Source: Octopus sinensis
Lineage: Eukaryota
Assembly (NCBI RefSeq): GCF_006345805.1
Contig: NC_043001.1
Coordinates: forward strand, 36,766,001-36,830,000
DNA length: 64,000 bases
Direction of reading: 5' to 3'
Both the position numbers and the translations under genes were made by a program. Numbering within the stretch: position 1 is the stretch's first letter; every line of letters starts with the position of its first letter. Under the pieces are notes generated by a model. It ran no database searches. It worked only from the letters and a program-made list of their open reading frames with translations, and was not told the DNA's origin. Shown here one piece after another: positions 41,638-54,078 of the stretch.

Positions 41638-41993
41638 GGCGTGGCTGTGTGGTAAGAAGCTTGCTTCCCAGCCACACCACATGGTTCCGGGTTCAGTCTC
41701 ACTACGTGGCATCTTGGGAAAGTGTCCTATACTATAGCCTCGGGCCGACTAAAGCCTTGTGAGTAGATTTAGTAGACGGAAACAGAAAGAAACCCGTCGT
41801 ATATATATAAAAATATTTGTGTGTTTGTCCGCCAACCATCGTTTGATGACCGATGTTGGTGTGTTTACGTTCCCGTAACCTAGCGGTTCGGCAAAAGAAG
41901 CCGATAGAATAAGTCCTAGGCTTACGAAGAATAATGCCCGGGGATCGATTACCGCAGTCAAATAACTGAAACAAGTAAAAGAGTAAATGAGTA
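41638..41993 (+). mobile_element. SINE-B
   Basis: Head, CORE-like motif, short internal TA run, 3' module with internal deletion. Confidence 0.85.
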
Positions 41994-42594
41994 ACGATTG
42001 AAATTCCTTATAATTCGCATTATTTTCCGTTCTTTCTTTAAATATCCCCACTGAAGACATTGCCTTCCATTCTTCAGGAATCAGTGAAACATTTTAACAG
42101 CTAAGTGATCGTGTGGATTTAATTGTGTACACCATCATCTCAATTGTCGATCTCGTGCTTACGTATATACACCGTTGGAAAGTAGGAGGCTCTAGAATTA
42201 TCTGAGATAAAATCTCTCCATAGATTTGTATTAAAAATACAATATATACAGAAGCGAGAGGAACGTCATCGTTGCTGTGACTCACATACATATACAGAGA
42301 AAGATAAAGCAAGAGAAACATGTATTTTCAGTACCGTGTGTGGCTTCTGTAGGCCCATTTGGTCTATAGACGATAATTACTATCTTTAAAACGGCTCCCT
42401 ACGTGGTAGGTAATCAGTATATGAAAGGTATCAAGAAAACGGCAGATCTGCCGCTAACTACAATCAGCAGTCACACACTACGGGTATCAGTACTGCCGCA
42501 AGCATCAGCAGTGACAACGGTCCCACTATCAGACATGCGCGCGTGTGTGTATGTGTGTATGTATGTACATATGCATAATACATACATTATATAT

Positions 42595-42860
42595 AGCAGC
42601 GGACTCACGGTCGAGGGATCGCGGGTTCGAATCGCAGACCGGGTGATGTGCGTGTTTATGAGCGGAACACCTAAGCTCCACGCGGCTCCGGCAGAAGGTA
42701 TTGGCGAACTTTCGCCACAACTTTCTCTCACTCTTTCCTTCTGCATCTTGCAGCTCACCCGCGACGGACCGGCGTCCCGTCCAGGTGGGGAACCTATACG
42801 CCAATGAAATCGGGAAACCGGCCCTATGAGCTAAGCATTGCTCGATAAGAAACAAACAAC
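42595..42860 (+). mobile_element. SINE-C with tail type 1, 5'-clipped
   Basis: Near-identical architecture to 27760-28065. Confidence 0.87.
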
Positions 42861-43600
42861 ATGTATATATATATATAATATATATATATATATGCAACAA
42901 AGACGCAATAGAGGGCATTAAAATGTTCGGACAGATAGACGATAAAAAGGCGGACAAGAGAGACAACAATTAGAAGAACAGGCAAAAAATAGACGGGTCA
43001 TTCTTGGCTTTCTTTCATCAATCAAGTCCCAGAAGTCACGACCATTTCGGACAGTTATACTTGAGATGGTTTGATCTGGTTGCCTCCAGAAAAAGTCTAA
43101 GCTAAGAGCATTAGACCTCTTTGTAAGAAAGCTAGCGAATGTGTACGGTAACAAATACAAAAAACAAATAAACAAAAAAAAGTAAACGGAGAACATGGTA
43201 CACAATTACGAATACAAACAACAAGAAATAACAACAGGCGTCTTTCGGCTGAGAACGAATCAAATCGAGCTGGCGTGTATGGAGTGAAAGCCTAAAGGCA
43301 GGAACATGGGAGATGGACACAAGAGGTATTGGCGGTCGGCAGTCAGGCCAAGAAAAAAAGATCATGGCTGGCCGGACACCGGTCACGTGGAAGATATATG
43401 TACACAGTTTTTTGATATTCACTTGTTTCAGTCATTTTGACTGCGGCAATGCTGAGGCACCGCTTTGAGGAATTTTTAGTCGAATGGATCGATCCTAGTG
43501 CTTACTTTTATTTTAAGTGTTGTACTCATTCTATCAATCTGTTTTGCCGAACCGCTAGGTTACGCGGAAGTCAAAACGCCAGTACTGGTTATCAAACAGT

Positions 43601-43656
<56 letters not shown>

Positions 43657-44177
43657 CCATTGTGTTGGAAATGGCTCATTAATTAGTGCATAGTGAAACA
43701 CAAGTGTGGAGGTGTGCCAACTTACTCAAGAAATTGTTTTCCTTTTGAATATTGTATATAAAGACTATATACATAATAATATTGCATAGATATCACATAA
43801 AGTGATATAAAATGATAAAATGATAAAATGTATCAACACTCAAGTGCGATTCACATAAAATAACATATGAAAGTAACTAAGACTTAACCGATAAAATGCC
43901 TGGCAATGGTGATGTTATCAGTTACATCTTCATTCCCATGAGCTCTTGCTGCTTATTACAAACCACCAACAATGAACCACTATCATCATTTTGTTCAGAA
44001 GATGAGACCGAGTAAGCTTTGAAATATTAGGCTATTGTTCTACGCTAAACATATAAAACTAATAAAGGAAATTTGAAAATGTTTTCATAATAAGAATTAA
44101 ACTCAGAAACAGGTCATTTGAGTGGTGTCTACTCCGTTACCAACAGATCTCTGGTATGCTGGTATCTTCCTCTCTCT

Positions 44178-44406
44178 GGCAGAAACGTTAGCACGACGGG
44201 TGAAATGCGAAATGCGTAGCTGTATTTCGTTTGCCGCTACGTTCTAAGTTCAAATCCCGCCGAGGTCGACTTTGCTTTTCATCCTTTCGGGGTCGATTAA
44301 ATAAGTACTAGTTACGCACTGGGGTCGATATAATCGACTTAATCCCCTTGTCTGTCCTTGCTTGTCCTCTCTCTGTGTTTAGCTCCTTGTGGGTTGTAAA
44401 GAAATA
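44178..44406 (+). mobile_element. SINE-A monomer
   Basis: 17-bp TSD ggtatcttcctctctct at 44161-44177 and 44407-44423. Confidence 0.93.
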
Positions 44407-44546
44407 GGTATCTTCCTCTCTCTCAAATCATGAATGCCCTGAAAAATTTCACGGGCTATGACTGAGTCCGCCGAGATAAGCCTTTAAAGAAATTCGTATG
44501 TTTATGTACATGTGCAATATTTCATGCTTGTGAGTGTGTATGTATG

Positions 44547-45935
44547 TCATTATTCAGTTTATTTCAAGATTTATTGCCAATAGAGAAAGGACCAGTTTCT
44601 AACCTTCATTGGAATTTCAACATCAACAACAGGGTATGTATGTAGTATGTATGTATGTATGTACAGATTTGTATGTTTTATGTATGTATTCTCATGCATA
44701 GAGTTGCATATCTAGACATGTTCATGTATATTTAAATGATAAATTTCTTGAAAGTTCTACAGATTTTTACAGTTCCAGTGATGGATTGGATCTGTAGTCT
44801 TCGAATTAGTTTTCTCCTTTCTGGTTTTGAGAAGCCAAATTTGTCAAGATTGGTATTTAGGCAGTGTGTTCAGTATCACAGGACCCTAATTATTACAGGT
44901 ATTAACTTGAACTTGTAATCTGGATAGAGTAACTGAAGATTTCTCAATAGTTCAGCATAAGTTTTTCTCTCCAGCTTTATGTCAACATCCGTTGGGTAGC
45001 TAATTTCCACAATTGTGCGCAGTTTCTCTTCTCTATCCAAAATAATTATATCAGGTATGTTGTGCTTACATTTTATCAAGGTCTTCACTGGTACATTCAC
45101 CAATATTCCTTTTTATTATGAGTAGCTATGGCTTCTACCATATTGTGTGTTCTTATTTCTTTGTCCTCGGGATTATCCTTCCGACGGATTTCATTATAGC
45201 GTCTCCTAGCTTACAACGTCATGCCTCATCGGTAGATAATACTGTGATGACATTTTCGGACAACTGCTTATGATGTGTGTGATATCTTCAATGTGAACTT
45301 CACAAAGACTGCACCTGTTGTCACATTTTACGGTTTTTCCAGCATCTTTATCCCTTTTGTGCATCAGGTACTTGGTTGCTATTTCCTGTTCCTGGATTGC
45401 GAACGCATACCTTTCAAAGTGAAAGGTAGTAATCCGACTATTGGTCCAAGATAAACTGCTTTGATGATCGATGTTACTATCACCACGGAGCTTTCTAGTA
45501 ACATATCCATGCATAGTCTTCTGCTTATATAGACTCATCCATTCATCTGATGATACATTGCGGTAGAATCGTGCGACTCCTTTGGGCATGTATTCTAGGC
45601 TATCAGACACAGAGTGTTGCTCAAGGAGCTGCCTTCCAAGTCTCATGATGTTATCAGCCTCATGTATGCAAACTTGGTCAAGGGATGCACTTCGACACTT
45701 GGTGGTTAAAAGATGTTGCCGATGTTAAACCTCTACCGCCTTGTTTTCGTTTCAGGTAGAGGCTGTCTACGTCACTGTTTATGTGGAAATTATGTGTGTT
45801 TGTTAGTATTTTTCGAGTTTTCACATCAATGGCTCGGATCTCATCAAGCGTCCAATTAATTAACCCAAGTGTTGGTATGAGTACTGGCACTACAAACACA
45901 TTGTGGGCCACTATCTTATTAAATGCAGAGAGGTT
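44547..45935 (-). mobile_element. 5'-truncated, decayed R4/Dong-clade non-LTR retrotransposon
   Basis: Minus frames: LYLKRKQGGRGL (post-RT motif), CSLCEVHIEDITHIISSC (CCHC knuckle), PDIIILD...IVEIS (PD-(D/E)xK endonuclease), ending LQIQSITGTVKICRTF with stop at 44732-34; frameshifted; 3' end aaataaaactgaataatga. Confidence 0.88.
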
Positions 45936-46854
45936 GTATGTATGTATGTATGTATGTATGTATGTATGTATGTATGTATGTATGTATGTATGTATGTATA
46001 CATGTATGTATGCATGAATGGATGGATGGATGGATGGATGGATGGATGGATGGATGGATGAGTGAGTGCATGCATGTACGTATGTGTGTATGTATGTGCG
46101 TGTAGAATGGTTCTTGGAGATCCTTTGGTATTGATATACAGTGTCGGTATGAGGAGACGTCATTCACCTTTTTTTCAGCCTAGAATTTCCCTGAGAAAAA
46201 GTCATGCGGATGAATGATGATGTCTACCAATACCGAAGGATTTCCCGGTACTTACAATCGGTTTAAATATACATATCTGATGTGTACATGGCATTCAAAA
46301 CGCTTTCTGTCAACTAGTAGCAGGTACCAAATTACTAGGGATATCATACCGGGAATCGAGGACCTGGGTTATATCGAGGTTTGTAAGGGCAATTAAAACC
46401 TGATTTGCTTAACGGCATGAAACTCAAGCTAAGCATCATATCTTCACAGCAGCCAGGGACCAATAGATACATTTGTAATTATATTACTTCGCGGCGAACG
46501 AAAACTGCAAGGTCTCGATTCTGCGAAGACATCTCTTGGAACGATCAAAGCAGAGCGGCAGCCTTCCCACTGCTTTACATGTCTGTAAATGACTTTAAGT
46601 AAACAATGTATGTTGAATGATGTTCCATGTTTTGCTATTATCTAATTTGCAACCCATCAATTATATGTGAAAGTAATCAATTCAGCCTCTGTGTGATGTG
46701 TGTGTGAGTGTGTGTGCGTGCGTGCGTGCGTGCGTGCGTGTGTGCGTATGTGTGTACATTTAAGCGTCTTCATAAAAATGGAGACAACAGAATTTATATA
46801 TACAGACATTGAAATGTATAACCATTCGAACTTGATACACGTGCGCATGTATGT

Positions 46855-47190
46855 ATATGTGCGTGCTTGCGTGTGTGTGTCTGCGTGCGTGTATGTGTAT
46901 GTATGTGCGTGTATATGTGTGTGCGTTTGTGTGTGTGTGTATGTGTTTGTGTGTGTGAGTGTGTGTGTGCGCGTGTGTGTGTATGTGTGTGTATTTGTGT
47001 GTCTGTGTGTGTGTGTGTGTATATGTGCGTGCTTGCGTGTGTGTGTCTGCGTGCGTGTATGTGTATGTATGTGCGTGTATATGTGTGTGCGTTTGTGTGT
47101 ATGTGTTTGTGTGTGTGAGTGTGTGTGTGCGCGTGTGTGTGTATGTGTGTGTATTTGTGTGTCTGTGTGTGTGTATGTGTGTGTTTTGTG
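46855..47190. repeat. 166-bp tandem duplication inside a (TG/CG) alternating purine-pyrimidine field
   Basis: atatgtgcgtgcttgc and the downstream interruption pattern repeat at 46855 and 47021. Confidence 0.85.
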
Positions 47191-47400
47191 TGTCTGTGTG
47201 TGTTTGTGTGTGTGTAGGTGCAGTCGTAGCTGTGTGCTCCAGAAGTTTACTTAGCCATTCATGAGCGTCAGTTTCTTGTCCCACTGAGTGTCACTTCTCA
47301 ATCCCAAAGATCGTCACTTTGGGCAAGTGTCTTGTACTGTGGCCTCGAGCTAACCACAACCTTGTGAGTGGGTTTGATAGACTGAAACTGAAATCAAATT

Positions 47401-47492
47401 AAAATGAAGTATGATACCCGACGTGAAGTTTATCAACGTTGTTCAACTATGATCTGCAGCTCAAACAACTCTCCTTTTACAATTAACTGCAA
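47401..47492 (+). repeat. Unclassified about 92-bp dispersed repeat, copy 2
   Basis: Matches 39192-39283. Confidence 0.8.
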
Positions 47493-47518
47493 TACCGGTT
47501 GGGAAACATATATATATA

Positions 47519-47555
<37 letters not shown>

Positions 47556-47567
47556 TGTGTGTGTGTG

Positions 47568-47612
<45 letters not shown>

Positions 47613-48023
47613 TGCATTCCATCTTTAATCTCCTTTCTGTCAACACCTTAAATGTAAAATTCTTCCCTGAAGACGGAGCCTGGTATTATCCGAGGATGGA
47701 ATCAATTTGTAATCATTATTCTGGATCACCAAGTCCCCAGAAGCAGCTGTTGGACTCGTAAAACTTTTATTCAATCCCTTTAATTCCTGATATTATTTCG
47801 ATTCTGTGTACGTCGGACCTTTTTATATGCAAGCATATGCACATATTTTGTATTAAATGCATTTCATATTTTTTGAATATCGACTTGCCTAACTTGCTTA
47901 TCCTTACATTTATCCTTACATATGCATATATTTTGCGTGTTTATAGCATGTTAGTCCCCTACCAAAGCTTCCCAACTTATATTTATATTATTTACATTTA
48001 TATTATTTAAATATTTATTGAGG

Positions 48024-48090
48024 ACATTATTTACATTCGACGGATATTTGTCCTCAAGATGAGGACAAATCTGTCGAATGTAAATAATGT
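48024..48090. repeat. Short foldback inverted repeat
   Basis: acattatttacattcgacggatatttgtcctca-aga-tgaggacaaatctgtcgaatgtaaataatgt. Confidence 0.85.
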
Positions 48091-48399
48091 AAATAATGTA
48101 AAAATGTACATAATTTCTCATCTCTTAAATATAGAACTGTAGTGTTGATTTGTTTACGTTTCAGTAATCTAGCGGCTCGGCAAAAGAGGCCGGTAAAATA
48201 ACTACGAGACTTAAAAATAAGTACTGGGGTCAATTTGTTTGACTAAGCTCTTCAAAGTCGGTGCCCCAGCATGGCCGCAGTTAAATGTCCGAAACTATTA
48301 AAAGATAACAGATATATACCATAGAATGTTCAAGTTAAATTTGATGGATGTTTTTATGTCTCCCTTTTTTTTATGAATAGCTTGATCTATTTGTGGTCA

Positions 48400-48882
48400 G
48401 ACAACAGCAGTGGAGAGCATAATGGTGAAAGTTATGGATGAGAAAAAGTTAGCTGACATGAAGGACTGCACGTCATCTGAATATTGGAAAGTAGTTACCC
48501 GTATCGTAATGATTCGCACCGGGTCTGCATGATGATATGCAGACATCATGACTGCTACTGAATCATTTAAGAATACCTGTAAAGGGTATAAGACGTGACA
48601 AGGGTATCATGAAAACCAAACAACCAAAAGTTGTAATGGTCTTTAGGCATGCCTCCGGGAGACGGACGTCATGTCGCCCCACTTGCTTGAAGAGGGCCTT
48701 GGACTCAATTCAGACGGTTATGTGGATCTGCTGGAGACTGTCACGAAACCCATGTTGGAGAGGTTTACAACTGGAAGGTCATATATATGGCAACAGAATT
48801 CGGCTCTGAAAAGAATCAGAAGTAAATGTCGGAGAATTTCTGGACTTTTAATTCTCCCAATTGTAATCCCACGGATTACTAT
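48400..48882 (+). mobile_element. DD37D/maT-like Tc1-mariner transposase remnant
   Basis: MKTKQP.VVMV, DVMSPHLLEEGLGLNSDGYVDLLETVTKP...YIWQQNSA and SPNCNPTDYY resemble maT-type MKTKxPxxVMV / QQDSAP / SPDCNPLDY motifs. Confidence 0.75.
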
Positions 48883-49094
48883 GTCCCTTCGTTTTAGACA
48901 TCGCAAATATCGATGAACAGAGGAGAAGCACTGCAAAATAAAGAGGCACGACGTGGCAGTACGATCTTAGATATCGACGCCGGTCGGCAGACTGCTAAGT
49001 GAAGGTTGCGTAGAGTGTCTCTAGCGGCGGAAGCCCGAACTACAACGGTCTTGTCCACAAAGAACGTTTCCAGTTACTTTTGGGTACCCTCTCG

Positions 49095-49128
<34 letters not shown>

Positions 49129-49303
49129 CGAATGAGTGGACAAACAAAACGAAAGAAAAGGCCTGCGAAATTTTAAGTCGCATAGAACAAAATCAAATTG
49201 TTTTAAATAATGTATAAGTCTGTACACGCGCGCGCGTGTATACATACATATACATATATACATACTCACATAGACAAACAGATAGCCAGAGCGACAAACA
49301 GAC

Positions 49304-49382
<79 letters not shown>

Positions 49383-49957
49383 CAGGTAGGCAGGTAGGTA
49401 GGTAGGTAGGTAGGTAGGTAGGTAGGTAGGTAGACTGTGTTTTTATTATCATTACTATTTCCACTATTCCAAAACTATGATACTAAATATCATTATCTGT
49501 GTCTTGATAATAGAATACTTGAAAGTATATGATTTCGTCTGTCTTTGCTGATTATTCAAATTTGGTAAATTCGGTTAAACTAATTAAATATTACTTCAAA
49601 AATCCCAGAATGCTGTTGGAGAGGTTTACAACTGGAAGGTCATATATATGGCAACAGAATTCGGCTCTGAAAAGAATCAGAAGTAAATGTCGGAGAATTT
49701 CTGGACTTTTAATTCTCCCAATTGTAATCCCACGGATTACTATGTCCCTTCGTTTTAGACATCGCAAATATCGATGAACAGAGGAGAAGCACTGCAAAAT
49801 AAAGAGGCACGACGTGGCAGTACGATCTTAGAGATCGACGCCGGTCGGCAGACTGCTAAGTGAAGGTTGCGTAGAGTGTCTTCTAGCGGCGGAAGCCCGA
49901 ACTACAACGGTCTTGTCCCACAAAGAACGTTTCCAGTTACTTTTGGGTACCCTCTCG

Positions 49958-49998
<41 letters not shown>

Positions 49999-50172
49999 GA
50001 ATGAGTGGACAAACAAAACGAAAGAAAAGGCCTGCGAAATTTTAAGTCGCATAGAACAAAATCAAATTGTTTTAAATAATGTATAAGTCTGTACACGCGC
50101 GCGCGTGTATACATACAATATCATATATACATACTCACATAGACAAACAGATAGCCAGAGCGACAAACAGAC

Positions 50173-50248
<76 letters not shown>

Positions 50249-50476
50249 CAGTAGGCAGTAGGTAGGTAGGTAGGTAGGTAGGTAGGTAGGTAGTAGACTG
50301 TGTTTTTATTATCATTACTATTTCCACTATTCCAAAACTATGATACTAAATATCATTATCTGTGTCTTGATAATAGAATACTTGAAAGTATATGATTTCG
50401 TCTGTCTTTGCTGATTATTCAAATTTGGTAAATTCGGTTAAACTAATTAAATATTACTTCAAAAATCCCAGAATGC
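48753..50476 (+). repeat. About 862-bp direct tandem duplication (48753-49613 and 49614-50476)
   Basis: Both copies run tgttggagagg to aatcccagaatgc; TGTT microhomology at the breakpoint; differences are mostly 1-nt indels. Confidence 0.95.
48883..49094 (-). mobile_element. Left end of a second mariner-like element
   Basis: TA-CGAGAGGGTACCCAAAAAGTAAC terminus of mariner type; ATG at 48901 gives MSKTKGH before the junction. Confidence 0.5.
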
Positions 50477-50690
50477 TGTTCAAATGTAACTACATTGCCA
50501 TTTAAAAGATAGTAAAATAGAAGAAGAAAATAAAAACAGCTTCATTGATGATTTAAGATGATAAAATTCAGTGTCGTTATATAACTTCTGGTTCTGAATT
50601 CAAAGCAAAAATTCATATATACAGACACATACACACATCTATACATACACACACACCCACACACCACACACCACACACACACACACACAT

Positions 50691-50726
<36 letters not shown>

Positions 50727-50735
50727 CTATATATA

Positions 50736-50774
<39 letters not shown>

Positions 50775-51306
50775 GAGAGAGAGAGAAGAGAAGAGAGAGA
50801 AAGAGAGAGAATAAGTTGGTATAATTTGAAATAATATTTATTTAGTGTTATTCCTGAAGGTATTCTAAGTATTTAAACACGATATAGATATTTGTAATAG
50901 AAGTTAACATACGCATTCACACACACACACTCATACACATGCACGCACACACACACATATACACACAAACATAAAATTTTACTAAACATTTACAAGAAAA
51001 GAGTTGGACGTGACTTACTCGCCTTCATCAGACTCATGTGTTTGTGTGTGTTTGTGTGTATCAGCGTAATAACAGCTTGCAAATTGAAACTTCGCAGTCA
51101 CTCTCTAACTTTTCGTTGTAAAACAATGTTTTCTACTTAAAACATCCCGAGGAATTCTCTTCAATTTAATATTAAGCAATGTTATATATTGCCATGCAAA
51201 AGCAAACACCATATGTTAACACCATATATATATAGTCTATATAATATATATATAGATAGTATATATCTATATATATATATATATATATATACTATATATA
51301 TATATA

Positions 51307-51341
<35 letters not shown>

Positions 51342-51527
51342 TAATATATATATAATATTATATATATATATATATATAGTAAAAGAGCGATTAGATTCAA
51401 GTGAGTTCTGTTGAATTCACATGAATGCGGTACTTAACTTAGATGCACCAGAAATCTATCTGGTATTACCCATAAGATAATGCGGGGTGATTATAAACAA
51501 GAAAAAAGCAACAAAAATGGGTCAATA

Positions 51528-51617
51528 TTTCGGTACAATTGTTTCGTACGAAGACCACCTTTATTAAGGCTGCAAATATTGCAGCAAATACAAGTGACCC
51601 GTACTCATCAGCCGAAA
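51528..51617 (-). ncRNA. Type I hammerhead ribozyme, intact core, palindromic helix III
   Basis: Minus RNA UUUCGG-CUGAUGA-GUACG[long stem-loop]CGUAC-GAA-ACAAUUGU-A/CCGAAA: 6-bp helix I, perfect core, helix II of at least 5 bp, 8-nt palindrome, GUA triplet (cut between 51534 and 51533). Confidence 0.88.
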
Positions 51618-51741
51618 AAGCATCTGAGTTCTCAAAATATCTAAGGGGGTGAGGCTACACTTCTGAAACATCAGGGATAGTTCTAAAAAATCAGATTTAG
51701 AAAATAAACGGACTTCCAAACTTCCTTAATGTTGCACAGTT

Positions 51742-51804
<63 letters not shown>

Positions 51805-52391
51805 GAAGAAATTGGTGTCAACGACGAATACCCAAACAAAAATGTAGAAGTATAAGCATATAATACTGCTATCGGATAGTATTGGGTAATTCTGAGGGTC
51901 AACGTGCTTCACACTGTACTCTACCCCGTTACTAACGGAATATAACATAACTATATATAAATATATATATACTCAAAACAGACATGCACACATATATACA
52001 TATATATGTACACACACACACACACACCACACACATACACACACACACACACACACACGTACACACAAATATATAGTATGTGTGTATCGGAGAAATACTC
52101 GATTTCAGAATCGTTACCCTTGTTCATCCAAAGCATAATTAACCTTCAATCCATCACACTAATGACTTTTACACTGGCTTACGAGTTTAATTATCGTTAA
52201 TTAATTTTGTTTTGTCCCACTGTTATAAGTACGTCGATAAAATAACGACTCCTGTTGATAGAGGCAAGGCAGTGCCGCAATTTAATGACTGGAATTAGTA
52301 AAATATTTCAAGAATATATATTCTGAGTTCTTTCTGTTTCTCACATCTTGAAGTACAGAAGCGAAAACTGAGAGTAGTCAAGTACGATGTA

Positions 52392-52577
52392 CCGTATTTA
52401 AACGTGTATAAGGAACCCCCTCCCTTTTTTGTCAAAAATTAGGTTTAAAAAAAAATGGGAGTTTCTTATGCATGGATAGTATTATAATCCCTTACAAAAT
52501 CTTTTTTCCAAATTTTAAGCCCCCAAAATTAAGGAGTTTCTTATACACGAGGGTTCCTTATACTCGTTAAAATACGG
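52392..52577. mobile_element. 186-bp MITE, Tc1/mariner-pogo superfamily
   Basis: TIRs CCGTATTTAAACGTGTATAAGGAACCC / GGGTTCCTTATACTCGTTAAAATACGG (2 mismatches in 27), TA on both sides. Confidence 0.9.
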
Positions 52578-52750
52578 TAACTCGAAACGACATGATTTTT
52601 AAGCGATATTCAAAATCATATGGTGATATCTTTCTGAACAGATACAAACGTTTGTGTCTATAGTTTTCCGTAGAACATTGCTTTGCAATCGTTTGTTCGC
52701 ATCTCGTCGTCTCTCTTACAAGGACGGTTCTGTAAAGCTAGATAAAGAAA

Positions 52751-52965
52751 CTTCGAGTCATGCAGACTCATAAAGACTGGTTTCCTGGTTTCCATGCAAG
52801 TCCGTTGCAGGATTACTCATTTTTGCCATCTGAGTGGACAGCAGCAACACTGGAAAGAAGTGTTTTTTCCTCAAGAACACAACGTGTCGCCCGGTCCAGG
52901 AATCGAAACCACAGTCTTACGATCGCGAATTTCACACTCCTAAGCACTAAGTCACGCGCCTTCAC
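52751..52965 (-). mobile_element. Chimeric SINE: D head with tail type 1
   Basis: Minus strand gtgaaggcgcgtgacttagtg...gtccactcagatggcaaaaatgagt, then aatcctgcaacggac...gaaaccaggaaaccagtc...atgag...ctcgaag (internally deleted tail 1). Confidence 0.75.
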
Positions 52966-53728
52966 TCTGTAAAGCTAGAATACTTATCATACAACATAGC
53001 TTGGATAATTGCAGGCTGTGAAGCCGGAAATATTCCTATTTAAAGAAGTATTCAGTACTCAGTTGCGCAGAGTTGGTCCGACGCCGAGCAAAATCGCTTC
53101 TACTACTTGTCTGGGATATAACATATAAAGAGTACTTCATTGCTGGTTATTTTACGATGCATGCATTGAGTTTATATAGTACACACTCGATTATCATTCC
53201 CGAACATTAAATTTCCTTGTAAAGTTTTCTTTCTTATATATATATATATATATATATACGGAGCAAATAATTCACGAGAAAAAATAATTTGCGAAGATAA
53301 CATTGACTCTCTTATTATCTAGTGTAACAATTTTAAAATGATAATAACAGAATCAATCAACAATATAGGTGATTGCAGGTCCCCAAAAAAACATTTAGGA
53401 GAAGGATTTAAATTAATCAAAGGACAAACTAGGTATGTCTACCTGCTGGAAATAACAGTCAAAACTCTTTTTCAAAAAGCTACTGATAATAACTACAGAA
53501 ATCAACCGTCCGAAGATAAACCGTCTAAGACAATTTCTCAGCATACATTCAAGTATTTGGTCTCAGGTGGACCGGTTCTGGACTGGCATAATAGCTTCAC
53601 CTTCTTCAGTACGCGTTACTATGATAGAGAGTCCCAACCCTTCATGTTGAAGTCTGCGCTGCAACTGTTTCGTTTTGCGCCGAATCATGGCAGTCGCCAG
53701 TGTGAAAATAATTTCTAGTTATATATAT

Positions 53729-54031
53729 ATGGCCCAGTGGTTAGGGCAGCGGACTCGCGGTCGTAGGATCGCGGTTTCGATTCCCAGACCAGGCATTGTG
53801 AGTGTTTATTGAGCGAAAACACCTAAAGCTCCACGAGGCTCCGGCAGGGGGATGGTGGCGATCCCTGCTGTACTCTTTCACCACAACTTTCTCTCACTCT
53901 TTCTTCTGTCGGCCTGCTCGCTTAGCCAGCGGGGTGGCGTCATTTGAAGGCTAAAACAATGCGAAGCGCATTGTGACCAGCGATGTGTAGCTACATCTGA
54001 TAGCCTGGTCGGTCACGGTGATCACGGTGAT
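53729..54031 (+). mobile_element. SINE-C with tail type 2
   Basis: C head and body; tail ends in (cacggtgat)2. Confidence 0.88.
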
Positions 54032-54036
54032 ATATA

Positions 54037-54078
<42 letters not shown>

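Noticed and set aside
51005-51045. CTGATGA-containing hammerhead-like motif on the minus strand
   Set aside because: GAA of the core is missing and helix I is not adjacent to the core; at best a dead remnant
53338-53718. 126-codon non-repetitive ORF
   Set aside because: No recognisable domain, the internal splice-like sites are unconvincing, and ORFs of this length occur by chance; worth only a BLASTX
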